DNA of 64,000 nt, from positions 28,997 to 92,996 of IMG/VR virus record IMGVR_UViG_3300045988_112558. The stretch is one strand, 5' to 3'. Source of the DNA: a virus. The position numbers and the translations under genes are program-made. A model generated the notes under the pieces. The model was given only the letters and a program-made list of their open reading frames with translations. It did no database searches and was not told where the DNA came from. Positions 36,148-46,318 of the stretch are shown piece by piece (the stretch's first letter is position 1; every line of letters starts with the position of its first letter).

Positions 36148-36498
36148 ATGGGATTTATAATCAGAAAGTCAATATTTTATGATATGATGGACGGCAATCA
36201 ATTAAAGTATGAATTTGACAACAGGGATTTAGATTATATCACATTTAAAGGTGATGGTAAAGAATCTTTTTCATTTAACAGAGCACTTGTTGAAAATTTA
36301 ATTGAGACATTTGAAACCATGCAGAATATATACTCCGATAATTATAGGCTTAAGGTTTATACTGGTAATTGCATAATTCAATTGAACGTAAATCCAAAGG
36401 ACCCCAGTGAATCCTTTTTTGACGTATATGATAGAGATGAGATGAAATTGATATACGGAATAAAGATCAGTATTCTGAAAGAAATGTTTATCATATGA
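36148..36498 (+). CDS. Hypothetical protein (116 aa).
   Basis: ORF. Confidence 0.45.
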   Translation: MGFIIRKSIFYDMMDGNQLKYEFDNRDLDYITFKGDGKESFSFNRALVENLIETFETMQNIYSDNYRLKVYTGNCIIQLNVNPKDPSESFFDVYDRDEMKLIYGIKISILKEMFII

Positions 36499-36812
36499 TT
36501 ACCAAGCAGGACATACAAGCAGCAGCATCGTATATTTTCCGAAGCAGTTTTGTCTCGGAGGACCAGGCAAGGAAAGCAATAGTAAGAGTCGGCAATAACG
36601 CTACCAAGATCCTCGTCAAGACCTTTAGAGGCAAGTTGTTCAAGAAAGCTTTTGAAAGAGCCCGTAGAGGAAAGGATATCAGTTCTTTTGAAAGACAGGA
36701 AAAAGAAAGTGGTTTCAATTTTCTACACAATCCTAATAATGGTCGTATGCAAAGCGGTCATATTATAATAGATGGAATTGGTCTGTTTAAACAAATAATT
36801 CATGAAAGGTAA
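36495..36812 (+). CDS. Basic hypothetical protein (105 aa).
   Basis: Overlapping start with the upstream ORF. Confidence 0.45.
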   Translation: MITKQDIQAAASYIFRSSFVSEDQARKAIVRVGNNATKILVKTFRGKLFKKAFERARRGKDISSFERQEKESGFNFLHNPNNGRMQSGHIIIDGIGLFKQIIHER

Positions 36813-36972
36813 AAAAGTTGATATTCGTTTAGGTAGAGGTCTGGCGAATCAGATTAAGATAAACAAAACCATTCCAGTGTCTCATAAACCAAAAGAAGAA
36901 CGTCGAATGATGTTTATTTGTGGTGATGATATTGCTTCTATTATAAAGCGGTTTGAAAACGAATCAAAGTAA
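36802..36972 (+). CDS. Possible 56-aa ORF (MKGKKVDIRLGRG...) not in the supplied track (under 60 aa).
   Basis: ATG at 36802 overlaps the upstream stop region. Ends at TAA immediately before the terminator 36978-37009. Confidence 0.3.
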   Translation: MKGKKVDIRLGRGLANQIKINKTIPVSHKPKEERRMMFICGDDIASIIKRFENESK

Positions 36973-36977
36973 TATAA

Positions 36978-37009
36978 AGTCGGACATATATCTTGTCCGA
37001 CTTTTTTTA
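36978..37009 (+). terminator. Rho-independent terminator (9-bp stem AGTCGGACA/TGTCCGACT, 7-nt loop, T7 tract).
   Basis: Seen directly in the sequence. It lies inside the listed ORF 36953-37345, arguing for the later start at 37022. Confidence 0.7.
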
Positions 37010-37021
37010 TATATTTGTGGC

Positions 37022-37345
37022 ATGGCAAGAGGTTATTATTGGATACCACAAACAGATGAAACGTTAAATGGCAGAAGCTATTACGTGGCTAAGATAGTAG
37101 GAGATATCACGTTTGATACTAAACGAAAAAGAATCGTATTTCAAGCTGATAGGTATTTCCCTGTAGGATCTGTTTTCCATTTTACGCACAATTGCTTCAA
37201 TTATATCATAACTTGCCTAATTCGTAAGCCGGGGCTTTGGTTTGAAGCCAGGAGAGAGGATTCGGGCTCTATTTGCCCTGAAGATATTGAGCGCTTTGAA
37301 TCGGGAAGGTTTATACACCGAGATGGGTACATGCATTACATATAA
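37022..37345 (+). CDS. Hypothetical protein (107 aa, MARGYYWIP...).
   Basis: Internal ATG downstream of the terminator. The listed N-terminal extension is rejected. Confidence 0.45.
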   Translation: MARGYYWIPQTDETLNGRSYYVAKIVGDITFDTKRKRIVFQADRYFPVGSVFHFTHNCFNYIITCLIRKPGLWFEARREDSGSICPEDIERFESGRFIHRDGYMHYI

Positions 37346-37396
37346 GCCGGACTTGACGATTTTCGTCAGATTATAATTTTTTTTCATATTATTTTT

Positions 37397-37432
37397 AAGC
37401 CATCAGACTGAGAAGTTAGATGGCTTTGTTTT
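37397..37432 (+). terminator. Terminator (8-bp stem AAGCCATC/GATGGCTT, 14-nt loop, TGTTTT). A second mini-hairpin TGACGA-TTT-TCGTCA lies at 37354-37368.
   Basis: Seen directly in the sequence. Confidence 0.5.
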
Positions 37433-37461
37433 ATCATATGCTTGATTTTTAACTACCTTTG
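37424..37461 (+). promoter_or_regulatory. Bacteroidetes-type promoter (-33 TTTG, -7 TACCTTTG) for the third giant gene.
   Basis: TTTG at 37424-37427, TACCTTTG at 37454-37461, ATG at 37485. Confidence 0.5.
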
Positions 37462-37484
37462 TCTCATAACAAAAATGTTTTATC

Positions 37485-40400
37485 ATGGTATCAACGTGTA
37501 TTATTAAAAGAGATAATAAAAAGAAAGTTGTTTCTGTCTCTACCAGATCAGGGGACAGGTCTATGTTATTTGATAAAATAGCATCTATTCCTCTTATGGA
37601 GAACAGGGAACGGGCTACTACTGTTTTTAAAACCGTATTTTCTAATAAGTTCTTAAAGGCTTTTGGCGACTGGAGAAAGAAAGTACCTGTTAATAAACAG
37701 GCCTACAATAAGGTGAAATCCAACATCGATCTTATTCCGGAAGCTTATAGAGAAAGGGTGCTGGATAAGGCTTCTAAGATGAGTAATCCTGTTCTTGTAT
37801 CAAAATCAGATGCACCTTATGAAATCCGAGAATCGGGCTTTGGATTTTACAGCCAAGATCTGGGTGATAATATTATGTTGGTAGATGCTATGGTCCCGTC
37901 AAGTATTTCCGTACCGGAAGGACCGGGAATAGACGCCGGGCAGTATTTACAAGATGCTATATCTTCGGACTTCACTCCCGTATCTATGGTACAGGATAAG
38001 GGTGTTAATTATATGGTTATAAAAGACGGTCTTAAGATATTTAGCCCAGAAGAGTTACCACAGACAGATTCTAATCCTGTGGGTGTAACGTATCAGACCG
38101 GAGAGCCTCGTTTGTTTTTCATAAACGATCGTAATCAATTATTTGAAGATTACGGAGAAGCTCTTCGCTCTGGCGGAAATGATATTAGAATAGGATTCTT
38201 ATCAGGCACCGTTCAAGAATCTACCGTGGATGGCGTGGCAGACATTACTTACAAGGCTGGAAAGTATGTTCTTAATAATCCCAAATCTTTTATACCGGTC
38301 ATGACCGCTTCTGCTTCTACTTCTTTATCAACAAAAGGTGGTATAATTAACTACCTTATAAAGAAAGGTCTTTTGTCAGGATCTAAGATATTCGATCCTG
38401 AAACAAGAAGCTATTATCTTACAGGAGAAGGTCATACAGGACAAATTAGACTTTTCAATTCAGCCTTATCCTACACCGAGCTCCGTAATCATTTTGGTTC
38501 AGATGTTTCCATGAACGACCAAGGTATGATAACCATAAGCTCGTTGGATAATAGTAAGGTAACTATGAGGCTCGCCACCGGAGGAACGGAAAGGGTTAGC
38601 AAAGAGCAGATAAAGAACGATCTTAAGTCAGGAAGATACAATGAATTGGACGCCAAGTACGATCATTTTGATGCGCTTGTAGTTTCATTCATATTAGAAG
38701 ACAACGATCTTTATGCTGATACTAAAGCTAAGATCGTATCAGATTATAGCAGGCAGGAACGTGATCAACGAAATTCTATTGTCGAGATACTGAAAACGTT
38801 GGGCGTTAGTGTCATAGGTATGACCGATTATATAGAGAAGTATCAAACCAAATACGGGCACGAACCTTCTGCTAAGGCATTGGCGGATATTGCCAATAAC
38901 GTAATAGCAGTTGGTGAAGATGCTACTTTATCTGATTTAGTAGAAGAAACAGCCCACTTCCTTGTAGAGGCATACAGAGATCAGAATGCTGTTGAGGCTG
39001 TTCTGCAAGATGTAGAAGGCACAGAAGAGTGGAACCAGTATGCAGGTCAGTATTATAATACATACGGTAAAGTATATGAAGGAGCCGAGCTTGATAATGC
39101 TGTTAGGAGGGAAATTCTTGGAAAGATCCTCGCCAGGGAGATGCAGACCGGCACAGCACAGGCGCCGGTAGAGCCCACCTCCTTCCTGGGGCGCGTCCGG
39201 CAGCTTCTCTCTGGAATAGTAAGCTGGCTTAAATCAGCTTTATCTACTCAAAGACAAGATTTGAATAACGTTATTAAAAACATTCGTGATCTTGCCATTA
39301 CTGACATAGATAAAGGATTTGATACCTCTCTGTTAAAGGATAATGACTTTACATTATACTCCCTTTCTTCTATGAACAAGAACAAGTTTCTTGAGTCTAA
39401 GATCCGGGCATTAAGAAAAACCTTAAGAGACTTGCGTCAGATAAGCTCTGATAGGGCTGTAACTACGTCTATGACCCTTGCTCAGCTTAAGACCATAGAA
39501 GATAAGATAAATAAAGTAGAGACCGAAATAGACAAGAATGAGATGGCGGCTGCCATGAACAGCATGATCTCCACAGCCGAAGCTCAGGTCAGATACTTAA
39601 GCAATGTGGTGAACACCATCCTTCATGGTGATACCAAAGACGGTAAGCTTCACTTCAATACCAATGATCGAAAGAACGTAGATATTATCAACAATCAGGT
39701 TCTTCCGATCATGAACGATCTTCGAGGATATATCCGTAACAGAAGTACCGAATTTGATGAACGTGAAAAGCAGGATTATACAAATAGGATCAACACCGTC
39801 ATTGCCGACATCAATGGTATTCAGTCTGATATTAAATCAGTACAAGACCTTGATGAAAGTACGTTGCTTGATAAGTTAATGAACGAACTTCATGTGCCGG
39901 CAGATAAGGTAAAGAGAGTAAAAGAATTTTTTGACAAAGTTCAACATGATGTCTCTTGGATAAGTAGGTGGTTTGGTATATTAGAGCATTCTTCCAGCCC
40001 GTTCAATAACGCTCTTGGAGCTATGATTGCCAAAGACAATTACAATGCGATGGTGAATGCTCAGCCCGCTATATCCGACTTCCTGGCATATGCTAAAAAG
40101 CATGGTTTTAACAAATCTGAATTTGAAAAACTGCTTCAGAAAGTAGACGGCAAAACTTCTAATTACCTTCGTAGTGCTCTTGATATGGCTAAATACGATC
40201 GTAATAAGAAGCTGGCGCAGATGCGAGCGTTTGCGACTGCCATGAACATAGAGATATCAGAAGAAGAAATTGGTGATGTGGTTGACAATAATCGTAATTA
40301 CGTATTTAAAAGAGAAGTAGTTGACAAGGACGGAAATACGGTTACTGAAAACGCTAAATTTAAACCATCGTCCGATAGGGTTAATACTGATATTTTCACC

Positions 40401-43400
40401 ATCGAGCAGGAAAAGATCTATACAGAACAGATGGAAAAGTGGGATGCTGAAAATTCAGAATTGGAATTTAGTGAAAGTTATGCCACAAGAATGGAATCCA
40501 TATACAAAAAGGCTGAAGAAGAATTAGGGCATCCAGTTTCTCAAACAACCAAAGAATACCTTAATGCTCTATCCAGGCAAAAACGGATATTGAGGCAGCC
40601 TTTTATTGATAGCGGTGGTAATTTTGATGAAGTTGCCTATTTTAAAAGCAGCAATTACGAAGAAGAAGGACTGCTTCGTAAACAACGTAAGGAAGCAGCT
40701 TCAGAATACATATATGTAGGAACCAGGAGAGTGGAAAAAACCGGCGACCAACTTAAGATGGCTAAAGAAATACAAGCCATAAATGAAGTTTGGAGAAAAG
40801 AATCAGATAAGGTTTCCAATGCCGTATCAGAATCGTTTTTGCAAAAATTGAGAACGATTCAAAGCAAGTCGGGAGGAGAAGCTGCGCTGAAGACACTTAT
40901 GCTAGGAGGGCACCTGTCATTTAACGATCGGTTTTGGAATGACATAGAATCGGAGCAGTCGGCACGTACCGAATCAAATAACAAGGCTTCGTATCTTAAA
41001 ATGGCGCATGATATCATTAGTTCTACGACAAGTGATAGAGATGCGACTGACGTGGATTCGATTGTAAAAGATATAGAAAAAAATAAGGCCATTATCAAGG
41101 AAATAATCGGAAACAACCGAGATGTGGCTGATATCGGAGAGATTAACGAAGCGACATTTACCTCATCTGAAAGAGATGCTTTTAGGGCTGCATCTGAAGC
41201 TATTGAAGCCGATTACGCTATCTTAATAGATTATGCTAAGATGGTGGGTCTTGAAGATATTGATAAGTACCTTACTAAAAGCAGTAAGGCCGAAAACGAA
41301 GTAAATCAGTCTTATTTAAATGCTCTTGCTGACTCCAAGGAAGTAGAATGGAAGTTCGTACAACGTCATACTACGGCGAAGAAAGCAAAAAGGATTCAGG
41401 CTTTAAGGGATAAGCTGTTTAAGGCTGCTGATAACCGATATCTGTTTACCGTATCTGAAACCAACTACCTGTCAGAAAAGCTTGGTATAAGCAAAGAATT
41501 AGACGGTAGAGATTTTAGGAATGCTGTTAATGCTAAGATGGCCAGCTTATTTTTAAATAATACAAGGGAAGAGGGTATAGAAGCTGACATAAAAGCGGGC
41601 ATAGAAGAAGCTAATGCTATTGTTAATGAATTTGCCAGGAGCCAGGTCTTTTCGTACTATAAACGCATGGCGCCTACCGGATATGCGGCTATGATCGACA
41701 AAATCGGTCGAGGTGAGATAGATGTAGCGCAGATGGTTAAGGACGTACAAAACGGTACATCCACCCAAGATTATGGCATGGACATATCATACCTGTCTTT
41801 CGATCCTGCAAGGGCATGGGTGGCTGAATCTGAAGCCGAAAATAGCGGCCGTAATCCTGATTATGTAAAAGATCATGGGTATGGTCATCGCATGCCTAAG
41901 AAAAGCCTGTATCGTGATGAATCGTATTTCAATGACTTTGGTATCAAGTATGATGCTGACGGTAATGAAGTTGCTACTAAAAACGTAGAGCAGTGGAATA
42001 TGATTCAAAAACTCAAGGAAATAAAAAGACAATCCCTTGATCTATACAAAGAGCAGAGCCCGAACCTGTATGCTATTCCACAGATATCAAAACAAGATAT
42101 AGAACGTATAGAAGGATTGGGTATTAACTTCAAAAATACGGTTCGTAATTTTGTATCAGATCTGTGCCTGGACAGAGTAGACGATTCTCTATACGGTAAA
42201 ACCAGACAAGGGGAAGTGTATGATCCGGAAGACAGACTTAGGTCTATACCTAAATACTACATATATGAATTGGAGAACCAAGATGATGTATCTCACGATT
42301 TTGGCTACTCTTATTCGATGCTTATGATGCAGTCATCGTTATACAACGAAAAGCAGAAGTCTATAGAGCTCGCTCAAGGACTGGAGCAGATGTTGCTGAG
42401 CAAACAATTTGAAGGCGGTAAGAAGGCTGAAGCAACCCAAGCATATCAGATGTTCAGGGACTTCTTCAACGATCATTATTATGGCATTAGGATGAATACC
42501 AAAAAACTGACGGTAAACATCGGTGGATACACAGTAGACCTTACCAGGATAATGATGGCCGTTGAAAGATTTATGTCGGTCATGAACCTGGCGCTGTCCC
42601 CGTTTGTGGCAGCTACCGGCGCCTTAACAGGTCATATTAACCTCATCATGGAATCTGCCGTAGGACAGTATATAAGCAAAGATTCCCTTAAATACGCATC
42701 GGCTGAGTTTTCACGTCTTGCGCCATCTTGTATAGCAGAAACCGGAGACATAGATAGGAAAAGCAAATTATATGTCATAGGTGAGAGAATGGGGATATTC
42801 AATATCCGAAATCGTATGTATGGTGCCGGATACAATAGAGTGGCCAGGACCTTAATGCGTTCACCTATGTATGCTTTTATGGAAATCCTGAACTACCCTC
42901 TTGATCCGCAGGTTATGATTGCTACTATGGACAATGTTCGTTATTACAAAGGTCGGTTCTACACGTTCCAAGATTTCAAGATGGAAAAAGAACGCAATAA
43001 AGAACAGAGTACCATAAAAAGAGAATGGAACGCATTAAAAGATCGTACTTTATGGAGTATGGTAGACGTCGTGGATGGGAAGGTGGTTGTAAAGCCCAGA
43101 TCGGGTGTTACTGTTGAGGAAGTTGAAACCCAGATGGCTATAACCAGAAATCAAGTTCGTAGCTTGTCGCAGATATGTAACGGATCTTTGAATGAAGAAA
43201 ACCGGACTGCCGCATCGCGCAACTGGATAGCCAGGTTCATGACCGCCCACCGAGGATGGTTGGTGCTGGCGGCTCAACGCCTGTGGAAAAGACGTGGCTT
43301 CAATTTCCAAACAATGCAAGAAGAGGAAGGGTTGTCAATTACGTTAAAGAATATGATAGCCAAAACATTTAGCCTGGCTTCCGAGTCTGGTATGAAAAAC

Positions 43401-43931
43401 ATCATAGATGCCTGGAACGAAAATAAAGACAATATGAATGAGGTAGAAAAAACCAATCTCAAACGTCTTAGTGTCTATGCCGGCACGTTCCTTATCATGC
43501 AGGCCGTATCTATGCTTCTTGCCGGATGGCGTGATGATGATGAAAACGAAGAAAGTTGGCTTACTCAATTCGGATCCTATGTCGGATTCAGAACCATAAA
43601 CGAAATAGCTTCACAGATGCCGTTTATTATGGAGCTTAACGTGGTAGATATCATTAACGATCCGTTTGTTATGGGGCGGAAACTGAAGGATCTTACCGAT
43701 CTTAGGAATTACTCACTTGATAAAGTAACATCCGGCACATACAAAGGAGAGTTTAAGTTATTTAGGCAACTCGCCAAACAGACGTTTATCAAACAATGGT
43801 ATAATATCAAGACGCCGGAAGATATAGCGCGCGCCTATAATTGGTGGCAGCAGACAAACAACAAGTCAATGATGTTCTTCATCGGCGCCACTCCTGATTC
43901 GGAAGGAGACGATGATGTTAGTTACAAATAG
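37485..43931 (+). CDS. Giant protein (2148 aa), function unknown. It is a stand-alone transcription unit between a promoter/terminator pair and the bidirectional terminator.
   Basis: ATG start and continuous ORF. Coiled-coil-rich, no confident catalytic motif. Confidence 0.65.
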   Translation: MVSTCIIKRDNKKKVVSVSTRSGDRSMLFDKIASIPLMENRERATTVFKTVFSNKFLKAFGDWRKKVPVNKQAYNKVKSNIDLIPEAYRERVLDKASKMSNPVLVSKSDAPYEIRESGFGFYSQDLGDNIMLVDAMVPSSISVPEGPGIDAGQYLQDAISSDFTPVSMVQDKGVNYMVIKDGLKIFSPEELPQTDSNPVGVTYQTGEPRLFFINDRNQLFEDYGEALRSGGNDIRIGFLSGTVQESTVDGVADITYKAGKYVLNNPKSFIPVMTASASTSLSTKGGIINYLIKKGLLSGSKIFDPETRSYYLTGEGHTGQIRLFNSALSYTELRNHFGSDVSMNDQGMITISSLDNSKVTMRLATGGTERVSKEQIKNDLKSGRYNELDAKYDHFDALVVSFILEDNDLYADTKAKIVSDYSRQERDQRNSIVEILKTLGVSVIGMTDYIEKYQTKYGHEPSAKALADIANNVIAVGEDATLSDLVEETAHFLVEAYRDQNAVEAVLQDVEGTEEWNQYAGQYYNTYGKVYEGAELDNAVRREILGKILAREMQTGTAQAPVEPTSFLGRVRQLLSGIVSWLKSALSTQRQDLNNVIKNIRDLAITDIDKGFDTSLLKDNDFTLYSLSSMNKNKFLESKIRALRKTLRDLRQISSDRAVTTSMTLAQLKTIEDKINKVETEIDKNEMAAAMNSMISTAEAQVRYLSNVVNTILHGDTKDGKLHFNTNDRKNVDIINNQVLPIMNDLRGYIRNRSTEFDEREKQDYTNRINTVIADINGIQSDIKSVQDLDESTLLDKLMNELHVPADKVKRVKEFFDKVQHDVSWISRWFGILEHSSSPFNNALGAMIAKDNYNAMVNAQPAISDFLAYAKKHGFNKSEFEKLLQKVDGKTSNYLRSALDMAKYDRNKKLAQMRAFATAMNIEISEEEIGDVVDNNRNYVFKREVVDKDGNTVTENAKFKPSSDRVNTDIFTIEQEKIYTEQMEKWDAENSELEFSESYATRMESIYKKAEEELGHPVSQTTKEYLNALSRQKRILRQPFIDSGGNFDEVAYFKSSNYEEEGLLRKQRKEAASEYIYVGTRRVEKTGDQLKMAKEIQAINEVWRKESDKVSNAVSESFLQKLRTIQSKSGGEAALKTLMLGGHLSFNDRFWNDIESEQSARTESNNKASYLKMAHDIISSTTSDRDATDVDSIVKDIEKNKAIIKEIIGNNRDVADIGEINEATFTSSERDAFRAASEAIEADYAILIDYAKMVGLEDIDKYLTKSSKAENEVNQSYLNALADSKEVEWKFVQRHTTAKKAKRIQALRDKLFKAADNRYLFTVSETNYLSEKLGISKELDGRDFRNAVNAKMASLFLNNTREEGIEADIKAGIEEANAIVNEFARSQVFSYYKRMAPTGYAAMIDKIGRGEIDVAQMVKDVQNGTSTQDYGMDISYLSFDPARAWVAESEAENSGRNPDYVKDHGYGHRMPKKSLYRDESYFNDFGIKYDADGNEVATKNVEQWNMIQKLKEIKRQSLDLYKEQSPNLYAIPQISKQDIERIEGLGINFKNTVRNFVSDLCLDRVDDSLYGKTRQGEVYDPEDRLRSIPKYYIYELENQDDVSHDFGYSYSMLMMQSSLYNEKQKSIELAQGLEQMLLSKQFEGGKKAEATQAYQMFRDFFNDHYYGIRMNTKKLTVNIGGYTVDLTRIMMAVERFMSVMNLALSPFVAATGALTGHINLIMESAVGQYISKDSLKYASAEFSRLAPSCIAETGDIDRKSKLYVIGERMGIFNIRNRMYGAGYNRVARTLMRSPMYAFMEILNYPLDPQVMIATMDNVRYYKGRFYTFQDFKMEKERNKEQSTIKREWNALKDRTLWSMVDVVDGKVVVKPRSGVTVEEVETQMAITRNQVRSLSQICNGSLNEENRTAASRNWIARFMTAHRGWLVLAAQRLWKRRGFNFQTMQEEEGLSITLKNMIAKTFSLASESGMKNIIDAWNENKDNMNEVEKTNLKRLSVYAGTFLIMQAVSMLLAGWRDDDENEESWLTQFGSYVGFRTINEIASQMPFIMELNVVDIINDPFVMGRKLKDLTDLRNYSLDKVTSGTYKGEFKLFRQLAKQTFIKQWYNIKTPEDIARAYNWWQQTNNKSMMFFIGATPDSEGDDDVSYK

Positions 43932-44068
43932 ACGAAGAATATCGGACTTGCATTGTTTTTGTATGATTCCAATATGCTATATTAGTATCGTCAAAGAGTA
44001 GATTGTACGTTTTTTTGTTCTTACTTGAAAGATTATGTAGGTTTAATTTTTTCTGAAATTGTTTTCTT

Positions 44069-44108
44069 ACCGGTTCTCAGTCAGAGATGATAGAGAACCG
44101 GTTTCTTT
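44069..44108. terminator. Bidirectional terminator between the convergent plus and minus gene blocks.
   Basis: Perfect 10-bp stem ACCGGTTCTC/GAGAACCGGT with a 14-nt loop, flanked by T-rich runs on both strands. Confidence 0.7.
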
Positions 44109-44143
44109 TGTTATGAAAAAAAGGTATATAATTACCTAAGTTT

Positions 44144-44632
44144 TTAAGCATTAACTTCATGACCTTCCCTATCTGTTAAAGCCAAACCAACACCTTCTAT
44201 AACGTATCCTACTACAGGAGCCTTATCAAATTCTTCCTTCGTAGCCCAAGTAGCATTATCAGGCATCAGATCCTTAAATGCATCCGAAACATCACCTTGG
44301 CACCAGCAGTTATTTGATGTAACAATACCCTTCCCTTCGATATTGATATACATTTTTCTTCCACCACATCCAAGGCTATTCCATCCTCTTGGCACGTTTT
44401 CCACCATAGGCTTAAGCACCCAGCTTTCACCGTCTATCCTAACCCATCCAGGATCGTCTTTGTGCTTGTCGTACATATTTTGCCAAAAAGAGCATTCGTA
44501 GCACCATCCCTTGTCTTCCATGATAGTTCTTATCTCACACCTTTCAAATCCATCTGCATCCAACGTGTGCGGAGAATGAGGCTGGTGAGGGGTGCCACAT
44601 TTTGGACATACGAGTTTTAAATTATCTTTCAT
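44144..44632 (-). CDS. Cys/Trp-rich hypothetical protein (162 aa) with an N-terminal CPKC zinc-ribbon-like motif.
   Basis: ORF. Last gene of the minus-strand block. Confidence 0.5.
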   Translation of the reverse strand: MKDNLKLVCPKCGTPHQPHSPHTLDADGFERCEIRTIMEDKGWCYECSFWQNMYDKHKDDPGWVRIDGESWVLKPMVENVPRGWNSLGCGGRKMYINIEGKGIVTSNNCWCQGDVSDAFKDLMPDNATWATKEEFDKAPVVGYVIEGVGLALTDREGHEVNA

Positions 44633-44867
44633 ATTGCTTTACTTTTACGATTTTAATAGAATCACCAATATTGTATTCTCCTTGGTATCCAACGAATTTT
44701 ATAATTTTATTATTTTTAAATATTGAAACTCTTTCGTCTTCACCATAATATATCACACGTCCACCATCTAAAGGAAGTAGATCATATATAACCCATCCTT
44801 CATTAACCTGATCATCATTCGAACATGATGATAATACTAATGTTATCAATAAAATAAAATACCTCAT
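44622..44867 (-). CDS. Small secreted lipoprotein (81 aa). Candidate superinfection-exclusion or receptor-masking factor.
   Basis: N-terminus MRYFILLITLVLSSCSNDD carries a signal peptide and a lipobox L-S-S-C. Size is similar to known phage exclusion lipoproteins such as T5 Llp (77 aa). Confidence 0.5.
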   Translation of the reverse strand: MRYFILLITLVLSSCSNDDQVNEGWVIYDLLPLDGGRVIYYGEDERVSIFKNNKIIKFVGYQGEYNIGDSIKIVKVKQYER

Positions 44868-44874
44868 ATTATTT

Positions 44875-45066
44875 TCAACATAAAAATTTGTAACCTGGTT
44901 TTACTGCTTCCGCTTCTTCTCTCGTATCAAACATTAAGGTAGTGACAGCTCCTATGCCTTCACAAACGTAAGATACTTTTACCCACCACCTAAAAATACC
45001 AGAGCCGTAATCATCATAGTACGGCTCGGAAAGGACCTCTTCTACGTACCCATCTAAGTAATTCAT
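44875..45066 (-). CDS. Small hypothetical protein (63 aa).
   Basis: ORF with an overlapping start/stop. Confidence 0.4.
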   Translation of the reverse strand: MNYLDGYVEEVLSEPYYDDYGSGIFRWWVKVSYVCEGIGAVTTLMFDTREEAEAVKPGYKFLC

Positions 45067-45776
45067 GATCGCTCCTCCTTATTTTCAGATTCTGCCTCTT
45101 CGAGTATGCTGATCACCTTATCAACAATATCCGAATCAGACATTTTCTCAATAAAAACATCCATTGCCTTAGTTATGTCATTGGCTTCTTTTTCTTCAAG
45201 AGCAATCTCTCCACCGGTAATAGCATCAGATAATGATGTAGATAAGTGTCTTATATTATCAATGCTCATAAACGTAAATGGATTACCACCTTGACCTCCA
45301 CCCATTTCTTTCATGATCTGATATCCACCTGAAATAAGTCTGCCTGATATCGTGGCCAAGGAGGATACGATTAGGGACAGTACCGCCACCTCCGTCCGCT
45401 CCTCGGATACACCCCTCGACCACACGGCTGCCCTTATAGCGCCGGCCAGGTCGTCTATGTATGGCATGAGGTAATCTTCCATCGCTTGTGTTATATCAGC
45501 TATAACCTCACTACGCTCTTTATTTATGTAGTAGATAGAAGCATTGTACTTCTTTATCCCTTTGTCCATATCATTTAAAAGACGCTTGATATTGTGCTTA
45601 TACATAGGACTGGTTTTAATTACTTCCTTTAGCTTAAGAATGTAATTATAAGCCTGGTCATTTACGAACAACGTCATGGTTTCAACCGTTGAATGAAGCG
45701 TGTTGAGGCTGTTAAGAATCTTATCGAAATTGTTTATCAAATAAGCTTTTCTGGCTTTTGCTGCATAGTTAATCAT
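45063..45776 (-). CDS. Hypothetical protein (237 aa).
   Basis: ORF in the operon. Confidence 0.5.
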   Translation of the reverse strand: MINYAAKARKAYLINNFDKILNSLNTLHSTVETMTLFVNDQAYNYILKLKEVIKTSPMYKHNIKRLLNDMDKGIKKYNASIYYINKERSEVIADITQAMEDYLMPYIDDLAGAIRAAVWSRGVSEERTEVAVLSLIVSSLATISGRLISGGYQIMKEMGGGQGGNPFTFMSIDNIRHLSTSLSDAITGGEIALEEKEANDITKAMDVFIEKMSDSDIVDKVISILEEAESENKEERS

Positions 45777-46311
45777 CGCATTCGAATTTTAGATTTTCAA
45801 GTTCATGTATTTGTAACCTAAGAGACTTAATTAAATTCGTTCTCTGTTCCTCTGCATGTTTTAAAGCCTCTTCCTTGCTTTCAAAAGCACAATCCCCTAT
45901 CTGATAAGGGGTGTAACGACCAGGAGTGTCGGCTAATAAAAGACCACCACAATCTTCTATTCTGGCTTTTACCTTTCTTATTTTCCCATCTTTTAGACAC
46001 ATGTCTGTAACCCATACGAATTTACCATATAATTTATCATACTCTTCTGATTTCTCTTCTTGCAATTCATACCATTTAGGCTTAGGAAATCTTAATGTGA
46101 ATTTAACCTCAGTATCTTTTTCTAAGACATTAATATCGTATGCTTCCGGCCACAGCTCTTTTATGCTGTCTTCGTCTTCGGCATACGCTACAAGTATGAA
46201 TGAATCATCGGATTCACCACTACACCAATATGGATATTTTATAGGCCATTTGACTGGACGGTAGTCGTTACCGCAGTCGGATTTTTTAATGTAAAATCTT
46301 GCTCTAATCAT
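45769..46311 (-). CDS. Hypothetical protein (180 aa).
   Basis: ORF in the operon. Confidence 0.5.
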   Translation of the reverse strand: MIRARFYIKKSDCGNDYRPVKWPIKYPYWCSGESDDSFILVAYAEDEDSIKELWPEAYDINVLEKDTEVKFTLRFPKPKWYELQEEKSEEYDKLYGKFVWVTDMCLKDGKIRKVKARIEDCGGLLLADTPGRYTPYQIGDCAFESKEEALKHAEEQRTNLIKSLRLQIHELENLKFECDD

Positions 46312-46318
46312 ATCGTTA

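Noticed and set aside
36953-37021. N-terminal 23-aa extension of the listed ORF 36953-37345.
   Set aside because: A strong rho-independent terminator (36978-37009) lies inside it. The downstream in-frame ATG at 37022 is the plausible start.
37354-37368. Mini-hairpin TGACGA-TTT-TCGTCA as an N4-type single-stranded hairpin promoter.
   Set aside because: A 3-nt all-T loop lacks the central purine of known N4 virion-RNAP promoters, and only one copy was seen. It is more simply part of the tandem terminator region.
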